A DNA stretch of 58,658 nt, the filler included, from Globobulimina sp. (taxonomy: Eukaryota): NCBI GenBank assembly GCA_003354225.1. It is 8 parts of 8 records of this genome, joined end to end, with 100 filler letters (N's around TTAATTAATTAA, not from the genome) between each part and the next. Parts side by side here need not be neighbours in the genome. Positions count along the whole stretch, not along the records: positions 1 to 7,256 come from PIVH01000178.1; positions 7,357 to 14,612 come from PIVH01000179.1; 6 more parts are not named here. One strand, written 5' to 3'. The position numbers were made by a program, and so were the translations under genes. Shown piece after piece: positions 1-12,217 of the stretch. The number at the start of each line of letters is the position of its first letter. The stretch's first letter is position 1. The notes under the pieces are model-generated. The model was given only the letters and a program-made list of their open reading frames with translations. It made no database searches and was not told the DNA's origin.

Positions 1-12
1 TAGTAGTAGTAG
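1..12 (-). repeat. (CTA)4 microsatellite 3' tail of the LINE
   Basis: tagtagtagtag at the contig end, just downstream of the ORF2 stop (21-23). Simple-repeat tails are typical of non-LTR elements. Confidence 0.65.
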
Positions 13-20
13 GACAAAAT

Positions 21-3000
21 TCAATCGGGTCGGAGATCCGATTCCAGGCTCACAGATTGCTGGAACATCCCTGTGAGGTTGTCAATGGATCCATCGCTGG
101 ATCCGGGTGGTAGATTAAAGGATTTGTATTTAGCATATTGAATGGATGTGATAGTTGGGATTATTAGATTATTATTTTGTGGGTGCATTCGTCCAATATT
201 TGCAAGTTTGTCCGCAATGGCATTATAGACCTGGGACACTGGTTTGGTGTGCGATTTGATTTTCCAAAGTATGGTTTTGGTGTCGATTATGTGTTTCTGC
301 GTTTCTCTGAATAGGCATTTATAGGTTAATTTGTTGACATTTTTTGGTGTGATTATTAATGAGATGAAGTTGGTCATTGAGTCCGTGAAGATGATCATTC
401 TTCTGTGGCTGCAATTGATTTTACATAGTTTTAACATGAACTTTGTTTTGGCGATGGCTATTAATTCACCGTAGTGGGTGGTTTGGGAACCTATTGGTTG
501 GGCGTAGCAGTGGATGGTGTTATTGTCCCTTATCATGACTCCTATCCCAGTTCGATTATTTTCAGTTGAGGCGTCTGTAGCTATCAAGATGTCTGTTTGC
601 CTAATGCGGTGTCTATAATTATACCAATCGGTGATTGAATCATTTCTGGTATGGTGCATCAACATTCTGTCATCTATTATGTTATGTTGGTTTATCAGAT
701 ATCTTAATGTGATTTGGTTGTTATGGATTCTGTACACATAGTCAAGGTAGCGGTGTGCGTGGGAGATAATGCTTTTATAGAATGTATTCGTAGGATGAGA
801 AATGTCTATTTTGCGGTGTTTGTAGGTGAATACCAGGTCGTTTTCATTAAAGCAATTGGCACCACATATTATTTTCCATAGTTCATCAGGATTGGATCGG
901 ACATCTTTGCAGAGTTCAATTACTCTTTGCATAAATATTTGATTATGGAAACGGTTTATTTTGGAGCCAATTTTGGCAAATTCAACTCGCGCATGGTTCC
1001 AATAGACAAAGCGTAGGTGGCTCAGGAAGGGGCAAGTGATGCAAAGATGAGTTTCTATTGGTTGGGTGATGTTGCTATTGCAGAGCTTACAGTGGTCAGG
1101 AGATTGGTGGAAATTGTAGTAAATGTTTCTATATGGCTCAATCATACGTTCAAGCACGAAATCATCTAAGTCTTGGACTTCATATGTGTTCATTGCGGAG
1201 TAATCAGATAGATAATACTGTAGGACACGGAATGGGTGATATTCATTGAGGGCATCAATTATTTTTTTGTGCTGATTGAGGACTATTAAGGGGCGTAGTT
1301 GCGAGGAGGACTGCCCATCTTTCAATGGGGGACGGAATACCTGCAAATATAGAGAATTGCTCAACGACGAATTTTTTGATGCCTGTGTGGTTATGGATCA
1401 CTTTTATTTGTTTATTGGTGGCTTCTTGTAGGTTTATGTCGTTGCAATCTAAAACTTGCGCGAATATCTCCGTTTCTATTGGCAAACTGTAATGCCATTT
1501 CAATCCAGCACGTTGTTATCATCATTATGTGTGTGGGTATCAGTACGTAATGCCTCACCCGGGGTATCAGCCATCATTTCCATGATCACCACGTTATCAT
1601 CATTGTCATCAAAGTGCGTGGGTTCTATGGCTCTGTGCTCAAGTTGAAACATTTCAATTTGCTCAGCATTGTTTCTGGCGATGTAATGGGGATCAAAATG
1701 TGGTATTCCTTCAATATGTGCAGGTTCCTGCCAAATCTCAGTAGTTTGGTCTATTCTTTCCAAGTCTGGCGGGGAATCTGTGCTTTCATTGTCTGTTGGT
1801 TTCGAAGGGATAAATGTGATGTCATTGTGGATAAAATTATTTAAATCAACATTAAATTGGGTTATTTCATGGAGTTTGGTGTTAGTGGTTGGTGCAGAGA
1901 TATGACAATTTATTTTGGCAAAGTGATCGGCCAAAGCAACATTCTTCGGCACCAATTTGTCATTATAACTAAGAAATGGTTCGTCCTCAATGTAATTAAG
2001 ATTGGTATTCAGTGATTTGAACATTTTCAATTTTTGGCAGTGTCCCAGGTTACCAAACCGTGTGGTGTTTCGACGGAGACTGTTTATTTTTTCTTGCTCA
2101 TAGATCTCCTTCGCTTTCTCTTTGATCTTATCCCCTTTTCTGTATTCATTATTGGTGTTGTTTAAGCAGCGTTGTTTTATATCCAAATCGATTCGATCAA
2201 TTGAAGAATCTGACCATTTATTTATCGATTCAAAGTCAGAGATTCCAAACGCTTTTATTGTTGCTAAGTGTATCGTGTACAGCACGCAAAGGGAAATCGT
2301 GTTGGAAATGAAGGACCGGTCTCGCGGACTCGTGTAGAAGTTGGTGCCAGTTGCAAATTTTCTTATGTGTGGCAATCTGTTTTCAATGATTTGACGATGA
2401 ATTGGGATCAATTTCTTGCTGGGTTCATATGCGCGTAATAGAAAGTGCTGATCTGCATAAGACACCGTACAATTTGATTGTTTGAGCGCGAAAATCACTG
2501 GTCTGTGATCAGTGAAAATCGGGTGAGTGTCTACTTTGAGACTTTCAATGTCTGTCATTACAAAATCAATAATCGAGCCGCCTGTATGGTCAATGTCTTT
2601 GGAGAGACTGGTGAGGAAGTACGGCGCAAATATTGGGTTGGCAATACGGAGATTTGTGTGCATTAATAATGTCTTCATTTGATGGTAATGCGCATTGACG
2701 GCGTGGTCAGTGACCTCTCTCCCAAGCCTCGCATTGAAATCGCCAATCACAAATATATTCGAACATTGTGGCTTATATTTGTTAATATCCGCAGTGAGCA
2801 GTTCGTAGAACTTTTGGCTTCGCGCGGCTTTATCTGCTCTGTAGGGCCTTGCATAATTTATGGATAAATATGTGGGTTTTATTTGTTGCTCAAAATCAAT
2901 GGAGAGCCAAACTGTATTATGCCCTCTGGTTTTGTGTATGTATTGATTTTATTTTTCAGATGCCTTTTTTTGTAGATCATTACCCCGCCAATTCTGCCGA

Positions 3001-3979
3001 AATTGTTAGTTTGCATTGGGGCTTTGTGTGCAATTAAGGTATAACCTGCTAAATGCCAGTCAGGTCGTGCAGTGCGTCGTGTATCAATTAAGCAAATTAG
3101 ATCTAGTTTGTGATGGGTTATTAGTTGTTGCATGTAAGGGTGCATGTGTTGGGCGCGATATTTTGCAGATCCATTGATGTTTAGGAAACCTATGGAGAGA
3201 TTCTTGACTGTTATTTTTGTGGCAGTAATTGGTTCAATTCTCGGAGCATATGGCTGAAGGAAGGGGAATTTCTGTATGATGTTGGGGAGATCAGCATTGG
3301 TGAACTCTTTATTGTTGAGGTGGTGGTGCATTACTTTGTGGACAAGATATTTTTTATACCGCTTTAGATTGTCATGGGCTGTGCGGTAGTTGGAAATGGC
3401 ATATTTGAAGATCTGATTTAGAGCTAAAATAGCATTATTCTTCATATTATTTATATGTCGCGACCTGTTTATGCGGTGGAAGTTGGTGCAGTTGAACCGC
3501 CGGTTTGCGTTCCAATGCGAGGTTATTTGTTTATGGTCCTTAGCACTGGGGACATCCCAACGAATGTGATATTTGCTGTGCCTGCTAGATTGCTGAATAA
3601 TTGGCTCGGACTCAGCATAATCATATAGCTTTAAAAAGGTGTATATACTATTGATTATCGCAGGGTCTTTGCTATAGGCGTGCAGCTGAACTTTGTCAAA
3701 CTGTTCCACGGTGGGGTCGTTATATGGGATGTTTTTGAAGCGAATAGGTATCATTCTCGGGAAATTGTGCAGAATATGATATTTTATTGGGTTAAGACGG
3801 TGGACTGGCATGCGTAGTGTGACCCAGCGCATTGATTTGTGCATGATGATCTGTACATATTTAAAATAGTTACGGATTGAATGTTGATTTCTTTCAATGT
3901 ATTTATAAAGTTTATCTGTGTGCTTTTCGTGTAATGTGCTTATCATGAAACCCGTGCTGTAATTGTTAGAACCTGTCAT
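21..3979 (-). pseudogene. LINE ORF2 in pieces (2879-3979, 1500-2750, 1255-1503, 21-1364)
   Basis: APE motifs LSIGFLNING, LDLICLIDTR, GGVMIY, IGDFNARLG, SIIDF, TDHRPV. Zn finger CKLC..ETHLCITCP. RNase H motifs ATDAS, GELIAI, IFTDS, KIKSH, NAIADKLA. Frame breaks near 2930, 1500 and the T-run at about 1262-1268. Confidence 0.85.
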
Positions 3980-4344
3980 TGCGCTTTGGTGGTTGCTGTG
4001 TAGTGATCTGACTATTTAAAGTTATCTCGTTTGTGTTTTTGTCGTAATTATTTTGTATGTCAATGCTAAAATAGCCGCTGGTTTGTGGTACAGGTGACCA
4101 GCAAGAAAATAGATTTATACTTAAGTTTAAAGAAATAAAAATTAATAAAAAAGGAGATCTAGGGAAATATCGCAAATTGCACAACAAAACAAAATATAAT
4201 ACAGAGATTGCACAAAAAATGTGATAAAATATGTAACATAAAATAATAAAAAACTGATGCTTCCTTCTCCGACCCTCATAATACCGCCGATACAGATTTA
4301 AAACCAACACTACGTTTAATGTTGAGATTCGAATTATTATTTCC

Positions 4345-6948
4345 CTATTTTAATGCCGCAGTGATTGTATACCGGACATCATTCATAAACACTTCTCGCG
4401 CACCAAACGAATATTTTGCTTTCAATAAATCATTAATTCCCTCTTTGTCCAAAATCACACCCATCATAGTGTCCGTATTCAATTCATCTGATTTTTCTTC
4501 TTTCATTTCCACCAAATAATTAAAGAATAAATCATCCACCGTCAGGTTGCCAATTGTTTGCATTGTATCTTTGCATAATCGCCAATCCATAATTTGGGCA
4601 TCCGGGAGAGCATAAGGTTTCTGTCCCAATAACAGATTCAACATCACATTGTGGGCAAACATGATTTTGCTGACATGTGCCAATGAGGCGGCGGTGAATA
4701 CCAACGATTTCGATCCATCTCTGGGGTCACGGGCACGCTCCATCCAATTTCCACAATTAACATGTTTCATGGTCCATTTATTCAGGCAGCGACCACAAAA
4801 TTGTAATCGATGCATATGGCACAATTTCTTCTTCTCGCTTTCCGATTTATTCTTATATATCGACATTAATTGTTGTTTATGGACTTTTGCTTTCTCAGCG
4901 AATCCAATGCATTTTATTCCGCCACAGACTGGAGAGAGCATTCGATGAAATAAGCAATAGCACAAAATGAGTTTGAGGACATAATAAATGTTACACGGCG
5001 CAGCTTCAGTGATATTGACGATACCCACTGACGTTTTGATTTTATTGTTATGAACCATTGTACGAATATCGTGATAAAATCCGGCCGTGTCACTGGACGG
5101 GATACCAATACAAAACCATTTGTTTGCATTTTCAATCTTCACTTTTCGCACATATTTATTACAATCGCCTTTGTTTGGGTCTGTCCATGGATTTAATATG
5201 ATATTCTCGGCCGAAATACGTAATTTTTCATGAATCTTAGCAATTTTATTGTCGGTGTCAAAGGGCAAAGGACATACCGGTTGAGAGAAGTGGCCCTCTC
5301 GCAATTTAACATCGTGCGAATACTCCCAGACTGAGGCGCGGTTAATTAATTGTTGCGTGACGTTGACATTTGCCATGTCGAGAATGAATGCGTTATCATT
5401 CCATGGCGGGACGCGAAACAGCGCCATAACTCCGGATAAATCAATGTTTGATGTAAACTCACCATTCATTACACGCATAACATTCGCGGCACCGCATAAT
5501 GTGTTCATTACTTTGTTATTATATCCTTTTGCTAATTGCTCGCGTAATTCTTCATCGCTTAGGTCTCGGATTGCACGGTTAGCGCCAGGCTCTGACTGTA
5601 GTTGAAGCCAAACGTCCGACCACTTATAACTGGTTTCTCTCAATGTAGCGACGATTGGTTGGCCACGGAAAGCCAATACATCCCTCAATTCTTCGTTTAC
5701 GTTCATGCCATAACCTAACATCAATGGGACCAGGCCCTCAGTGTCGCTATTCGGGAAAAATGTGATTTTGCCGTAACCCGCAACAACATATCCATTCAGC
5801 GGAGTGACGAAGGACAATAAATGTCTCTCATCGGTGTCAATAGACAGGAGTTTAAGCCACGTGTTGCTTTTTAACATACCCATTGCAACAATACCCGGAC
5901 CGCTAAACTCCACAGGGTTTGGAACTACCACCGGGGCATAATCTGCTAACCGAACCTGTTTCGGATACTCATCCATTTTCGTCAATATTTGTCCATAATT
6001 CTCAGGGGAAATATCATGCGCTGTCGTGTATGAATCGATTAATAAATTAAACGGCTTGCGACCTAAACAAAACTGTCCATTTACTGTGCGATATTTACGT
6101 AAATTTGCGAATTTTTTATCGCGGTCTGCTTTTCTTTTGGCGTCGAATGAATTAAATCTTGGTTTTGTAGGGCTTGGCTTGGTGTTTGCATTTAATTTCT
6201 GTCTTTTATTCGCATTTCCGGCACTAAATTTGTTCACAATGTTCTTAATCTCAGTTTTGGCGTCGACCTGGTCATTGATCTGGGACTGCAATAATTGATT
6301 TGCTTGCAATATCTCACTAAACTTTCGGACGGGTTTGATTTTCAACTGTTCAGTGCGTACAATTTTCACTGATGGGCCAACTAATTGGATTTCATCGCCA
6401 TTTTCTTGATTTAATACTGCTTTGATACCTTCTGCCGCCAATTTGACTTTCTTTAATATTTTACCATCTGCAGTGGTTATGACGGCATCAACAAAGCCAT
6501 CATCATTTAATGTAATATCATCGATACTGGACTGGATATGGCACGGTGTGTCTGCGGCTTTTGACGGGGCCGAACCGTTTACTTCATCCTTTTTAGAGGA
6601 TGCACCACTTAAACCAGTAACATTTGACGGAGTGGCGACTCGGGGCAATATATTGTCGGGTGCCACATTGCGAAACTGCTCATATGTCTCAGGTTCTGTA
6701 TTGAAAGATGGTGACTTGCTGACTGAACCAAAAGGAACAGCACCAATGGTACCACCAATATCATCATCTAATACGTCTGAATCGTCTGCAAAATCATAAT
6801 CAAATGTCGGCGTACTTTTATTGCCAACTGGTACTTCTTCGTCGAAATCTACATTCATGTTCATTTGATCGCCGGCTGTTCCACCAATTGCATTATCTTT
6901 GGTGTTATCAACTTCCTCAAAGCTAAATTGCCTAACTGTTGTTGCCAT
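4345..6948 (-). CDS. LINE ORF1-like protein, 867 aa, disordered acidic N-terminus, Cys/His-rich C-terminus
   Basis: Intronless ORF directly upstream of the APE-bearing ORF2. C-terminal cluster CYCLFH..CGGIKC..CHMH..CGRC..HVNC. Called from position; no family recognised. Confidence 0.65.
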   Translation of the reverse strand: MATTVRQFSFEEVDNTKDNAIGGTAGDQMNMNVDFDEEVPVGNKSTPTFDYDFADDSDVLDDDIGGTIGAVPFGSVSKSPSFNTEPETYEQFRNVAPDNILPRVATPSNVTGLSGASSKKDEVNGSAPSKAADTPCHIQSSIDDITLNDDGFVDAVITTADGKILKKVKLAAEGIKAVLNQENGDEIQLVGPSVKIVRTEQLKIKPVRKFSEILQANQLLQSQINDQVDAKTEIKNIVNKFSAGNANKRQKLNANTKPSPTKPRFNSFDAKRKADRDKKFANLRKYRTVNGQFCLGRKPFNLLIDSYTTAHDISPENYGQILTKMDEYPKQVRLADYAPVVVPNPVEFSGPGIVAMGMLKSNTWLKLLSIDTDERHLLSFVTPLNGYVVAGYGKITFFPNSDTEGLVPLMLGYGMNVNEELRDVLAFRGQPIVATLRETSYKWSDVWLQLQSEPGANRAIRDLSDEELREQLAKGYNNKVMNTLCGAANVMRVMNGEFTSNIDLSGVMALFRVPPWNDNAFILDMANVNVTQQLINRASVWEYSHDVKLREGHFSQPVCPLPFDTDNKIAKIHEKLRISAENIILNPWTDPNKGDCNKYVRKVKIENANKWFCIGIPSSDTAGFYHDIRTMVHNNKIKTSVGIVNITEAAPCNIYYVLKLILCYCLFHRMLSPVCGGIKCIGFAEKAKVHKQQLMSIYKNKSESEKKKLCHMHRLQFCGRCLNKWTMKHVNCGNWMERARDPRDGSKSLVFTAASLAHVSKIMFAHNVMLNLLLGQKPYALPDAQIMDWRLCKDTMQTIGNLTVDDLFFNYLVEMKEEKSDELNTDTMMGVILDKEGINDLLKAKYSFGAREVFMNDVRYTITAALK

Positions 6949-7256
6949 TGCTCAAGAAACAAGTCGAGAGTGGAGGAGAAGAAGTTTGAGATGACAGCCA
7001 TCATTTTCATTTCCACTAAGTTTTTACTAAACTGGTACATCACTGATTAGAAAAATACACAAACTAAACTAAAAGCAAATATAATGTAATATTTAATATA
7101 AGGAAAGAGTACAAATAATTTATAATACAACACAAAAAAAAAAAAAATATAATTATTCAAAACAAAAAAAAAGAAACTAAATCATTCCACAAAATCCATA
7201 AACTCATTGCTATTCTCATTTTTATTCCAGAAATTGTGTATCGTGCTATAATTTAT

Positions 7257-7356
7257 NNNNNNNNNNNNNNNNNNNNNNNNNNNNNNNNNNNNNNNNNNNN
7301 TTAATTAATTAANNNNNNNNNNNNNNNNNNNNNNNNNNNNNNNNNNNNNNNNNNNN
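7257..7356. other. Artificial contig linker N44-TTAATTAATTAA-N44 (same linker at 14613-14712, 21965-22064, 29316-29415, 36666-36765, 44000-44099, 51330-51429)
   Basis: Identical 100-nt N-padded spacer with stops in all six frames. The segments between are 7256, 7256, 7252, 7251, 7250, 7234, 7230 and 7229 bp, i.e. size-sorted contigs. Confidence 0.99.
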
Positions 7357-7788
7357 CCACAAAAACTAAAGTCCAATTTTTCTCATCAAAGCGTGCCGAA
7401 TACCACAGCGTATATTCCTTGGTCACATTGGAAGGGGTAATGTTTTGCGACAATATCCATTTATATTCGTATTGCTGTTTCATTGTACCGCCACAATGAT
7501 AAATCTTCATCAATTCCACTTCATCGTCTTCCTCCTCCTCTCACTTTGGCATGAAAATCTTGATTTTTGCTCTTAGAATCCGTACAGATAAAATTTGGGA
7601 TTTATAGGAAAAGTTGGATTAAAATGAAAAAAAATTATACCTCGGAATTCCCGAGAATATGGAGATCACGAATTGATCGGTTAAAATTTTTTTTGAAGCA
7701 CTTTGAAAATCTTGAGTTTGTATGGATTTGTATGGATTTTGTATGGATTTTAAATAAAAAACCTTGTAACTTGTCAGCATACTCAGTC

Positions 7789-10700
7789 ATGGCATACGTC
7801 AGCGTCGCCACTCACGTTTCTCTATTGGTCGACGATGCAACAGAAGCGACATATTCGCCACGATTCAAATTCGTCAGGAATCGAGTGAATATAACCAACA
7901 CCACCCCGATCAACAAATCAATCAACACCAAAGCGAAATTATCGGCGAAGAAATTTAAAGAAATCACCACATTCGCACCGTTCACACCAACAAAGCAGAT
8001 TCTCGTGGATTTACGAGATTTATCATTAGACGAATTGGAACAATATCAAAATACGTATTGGTCGCGGATACAGATAGCATTGGCGTGGAAGAGGAAATAT
8101 CAAAATGCAGACGAAGCTGAAAAGGCAAATCGATCAACAATATGGAAATCAACAACAAAATTAAAATCGAACAAAGTCGCCACTCAAAAACGTATATCAA
8201 ATAATTTTAAGAAAGGATATCAAGCATTATTGGATCGCGCCGACGAATTATTAAAAATTGAACGCGAAGTAAAAGATGAAGACAGTGATGACGATGGCGA
8301 TCAAACGATGGCTCCGGCTCAAACGTCTACGGTGGTACGTATTTTTTATATATATATACAGCAATTTATTATTCAGTTTGAAACTAAAAATGTACACAAA
8401 TCATTTCAGTTTCAAACTGAAAAAGTACGCACCCCATTTCAGTTTGGAACTATGAATTTTATTTTTATAGTTTCAAACGAAATGGGGCGGCGGAGCCGCC
8501 GTTCCATTTCAGTTTGAAACTGAAAATATAGATTCATAGTTTCAAACTGAAATGGTTTGCGTACATTTTTAGTTTGAACTGAAATGATTTGTGTACATTT
8601 TTAGTTTCAAACTGAATAACTCATCATATAATATTTCAAACAGGGATTAAATTTGGATGAATCTGTCGACGATGAGGAAGACGATGAAGACGATGAAGAC
8701 GATGAAGAGTCATACGAGGAAATATCTGATGATGAGGACGTGTCGGAGTCGGGATACCATCCGAAAAATGTTGTAAATGCCTGCATCTACGCAGCACTCA
8801 GTCCAATCACCGCGACAATAACAACAATATTACAACGAGTGAATAAAATATCGCGGCAAAGCAATGTGATTGAAGAAGGTATGAATGTATTTTATTTATA
8901 TATAACACACATATTATATCAATATATAGCAACTGAATCGACGCGGAAAGATATTGAATGTATACTGCATAAACTGGAACCTGTTCGTGGTGGTAAAGTG
9001 CAGCATTATTTTCAAATGGATATAAAGCAAATTTATGAGACATTTACGGCGGAAATATGCGTATTGAATGCGAGGATTAGAAATTTGGTGAAAAAAATGG
9101 CAAATTTGAGGAATACGAAGGAGAAATATCGTGGCAAATATAATAGGTCGACGGGGCGAGTCAAGCAATTTACGAATTTATTAGGAAGCAAATATTTATT
9201 TACGGATATCAAGGCTAAGGTACAAAAGACGCAGCAAAAAAGAAGGGATGAAAGGATTGATAATATATTACAGAGGTTGGGATTTGAAAAGTCGACGGCA
9301 GAATTTATTAAAAGACGATATGAAGAAAAATACTCAAAAGACGAGATGTTTAGAAGTTGGGCAATGGACAAAACCATCGCCGATGTTGTGAAAAAAATAA
9401 ATAAAGGAGTACGGGCGAAAGAGTTATCTGAGAAAGAAGCATTTGTATGGCTGATGGTGCGAACATGCGCAAAGTCGTCCCGCCGCTTAAACGGATTTTA
9501 TCATCAGCAAATATGGGAGAAAAATGTGGACAAAAACGGAAAAGAAAGACGATCAAGAGTTCGCGGCGAGTATGGAGTGCTGTCATCGATCGGTGTATCA
9601 GATTATATGATTACGAAAGTATTGGACAGATTTTATGATGATTGGCCCGAATTAGAACCGCATATTTTTAATGGAATGGTTTTTTATTTTAATATTTTAC
9701 AGCTATTAATGTTATATTTTACAGAATGGGGCGTATCGCGAGAATTGGATAATAATTTCGCATTTCATGAAGACATATTAAAAATACGTTATAAAGATAG
9801 GATCGAGTCGTTACGAGATGGTGAGAGATTGCAATTATCGTTTGGTACATTTAATGGTATGCTATTTATACATTTAACATTTTGATTTATTTATACATTT
9901 GTATATAATTATAGCTTTTGGATATATTGATTCGATGCCGTTAAGTAATGCAGCTTTTGGTAGCGGCACAAATTGGGTAGCTGGTATACCGGATTTATTT
10001 AATTATGGACAAGCAAGTGTTTTACTAAATATATTATATGCGTTTGGCACACATTCGGATAAAGGGAAGTGGGTCAATTCATTCAACGAATTTAATGAAA
10101 CAAATATGGTTTTGGCTGAAAGCGTAGGGATTACGGTATCATGCCGTACAATTCCTGTGGATTATACTGCAGGACTTAAATTTCGGTATCACGGCGATAT
10201 ACCATTAGTCTCCTCGATTACGGAAAGTATGGGCAATCGGCAGGATTATGGAGTGGTTGAATTTACCATAATAATGACAAAGGATGCAACGGTGGCGACT
10301 GATGATGCATGGTGTCATTCATTAACACCAACAAATTGCTATAAAAGTATGTATAAACTGAAAAATATGCATACAAACAAATTTTAGTTTCAGTTTCAAA
10401 CTGAAAAGTGAGACAAACATATTTCATTTTCAGTTTGAAACTATAAAAGTACGCCGTCCCATTTCCGTTTGAAACTAAGAATTGATATTTTAGTTTCAAA
10501 CGGAAATGGAACGGCGGCTTCGCCGCCCCATTTCATTTTGAAACTAAAATATTAAATCATAGTTTCAAACGGAAATGGGGTGGCGTAGTTTTATAGTTTC
10601 AAACTGAAAATGAAATATGTTTGTATCACTTTTCAGTTTGAAACTGAAACTAAAATTTGTTTGTATGCATATTTTCAGTTTGAAACAGAACGTGAAATAA

Positions 10701-12142
10701 TTCCTTGTTTGCTTTTAGAGAATATACAGTTATTATTGCAATTGCCGAGATTTGAAAAATGGGAACAAATGCAATTTGAAGCTCTCCCCAATGTGTTTAA
10801 ATGTACATTGACATTTAAAATACATAATCGTATGAATTATTTAATTGATCAATATATTGAAGAGACTGGCGGTTATGTTGGCGATATTGATTTGAGAAAA
10901 GCAGCTGCGAAACATTTACAAATATGTTTTTATAATCGATGTTTAGAGCGAGCCATATGGCAACATTTTGAATTTTTGCATGCCGGTTGTTCATTATCTG
11001 GGACAATGTTAAGTCATTTTATACATACAAGCCGGAATGTGTTCGGTTTGAGTAAAGAAGATGTACAAATTGGTGTTGGTATGATGGGAAACAACAATAT
11101 TTCTAAACAAGTTAAAACTGGATTGGCAACCATCGCGAAAGAGAAAAGGATCACAATACATTCAAACGGATTAATTTCAAAGTTTATGTGGAGACATTTA
11201 TATTTGGTGGCTATTTATATTATTAGTAAAGTATACTCATTCAAAGACATAATTATTTGCATTGCATGGTTATTAATAATAAAAAATACACAATTTATTG
11301 TATGGCTGGCCTTTGATGGTATTGATTCATCCGCTGATTTAACAGAGACATTACTCCGTAGAGCCGAAGAGTCGCAGTTAATTGTATTTAATTTATATAC
11401 TTTATTTATTTTAGCAAATCCAACACCATACATTTGCCGATTATGTGTGGAGAGCGTCAATCAAATTCGCTTACATTTGGACGATGAATTAAATATTCAT
11501 CAAAAATCACTGACCCAAGCAAGTTCGCAAGCTATTGAAGCGTGTGGCAAATTAATGAAATGTTTTTTTCGTAGAAATATGTGTAAAAGCGATCAAGAAA
11601 AAGGTATTAGACATATATTGAAGTTATGGCATATTCGGAATCTTATGGGTACCAAACATAATATGTTTAAACTTAAAAATTTGCAATATATGGATTCAAG
11701 AGATAAATATTATGATACATTGGATGAGAAAAATTACCATCATACGGAATATAAAGCAAATGCAGATATTATCGATGAAAACGATGAAGAGATAAATATT
11801 GGGCATGTATTCGATGAATTGAATAAAATTAAATCAAACAAAATTCCTCAATCATATCTGGGTTTGTTTGGAGGCTTTGAAGTATATCAAGGAGATGGCA
11901 GTGATGAAGGCGATATATCGGATGATGATGAACAAAAAATGGATGTAGACATTCAAGCAGATACAGAAACACATTCAGATTCAGATTCTGATATTGATGG
12001 CGTACAAATGCGAGATGAACAAGAATTATTGGAACAAGGTAGAATTTCATCGGAAATGAGTATTTCATCGGAAGTGTCAATTCCAATGGACAGTGATGAG
12101 GATTATAGATCAAGCATGGAAAGTGATGTTGAGTCTGATTAA
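7789..12142 (+). CDS. Spliced protein of about 1197 aa, putative Transib/RAG1-like DDE transposase (exons 7789-8334, 8644-8878, 8930-9856, 9915-10346, 10689-12142)
   Basis: Four GT-AG introns join ORFs 7567, 8653, 9899 and 10610 in frame. Candidate motifs: FGYIDSM, FRYHGDIP, FEFLHAG, PTPYICRL and SSQAIEACGKLMKCFFRRN..ILKLW. The gene model is well supported; the family call is tentative. Confidence 0.5.
8369..8619. repeat. Foldback palindrome of about 250 bp inside intron 8335-8643
   Basis: Arms ttattcagtttgaaactaaaaatgtacacaaatcatttcag and ctgaaatgatttgtgtacatttttagtttcaaactgaataa. Centre ggcggcggagccgcc. Built from repeated TTTCAGTTTGAAACT units. Confidence 0.9.
10355..10681. repeat. Foldback palindrome of about 330 bp filling intron 10347-10688, inverted relative of the 8369-8619 element
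   Basis: Arms aaactgaaaaatatgcatacaaacaaattttagtttcag and ctgaaactaaaatttgtttgtatgcatattttcagttt. The centre gaaatggaacggcggcttcgccgcccc is nearly the reverse complement of the first element's centre. Confidence 0.9.
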
Positions 12143-12217
12143 TTAAAAGCAAGTTTTTTTTTTAAATTTATTTAAGTCAAACATTTTTCTTTCAAACATT
12201 TAAGTCAAACTCTAGTC

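Larger units (their letters stand above)
1..6948 (-). mobile_element. Degenerate non-LTR (LINE-like) retrotransposon: ORF1, then ORF2 (APE endonuclease, RT core missing, Zn finger, RNase H), then (CTA)n tail
   Basis: Two long intronless ORFs in tandem on the minus strand, APE and RNase H motifs in ORF2, and (TAG)4 at positions 1-12, 8 nt past the ORF2 stop. The 5' boundary is undefined. Confidence 0.85.

Noticed and set aside
9679-9724. Possible additional intron in the transposase-like gene
   Set aside because: Removing the 46 nt breaks the frame, while the unspliced sequence reads through.
8369-10681. CRISPR-like GTTTCAAAC/GTTTGAAAC repeats
   Set aside because: The units alternate in orientation, the 'spacers' are mirror copies within a palindrome, the context is eukaryotic introns, and there are no cas genes.
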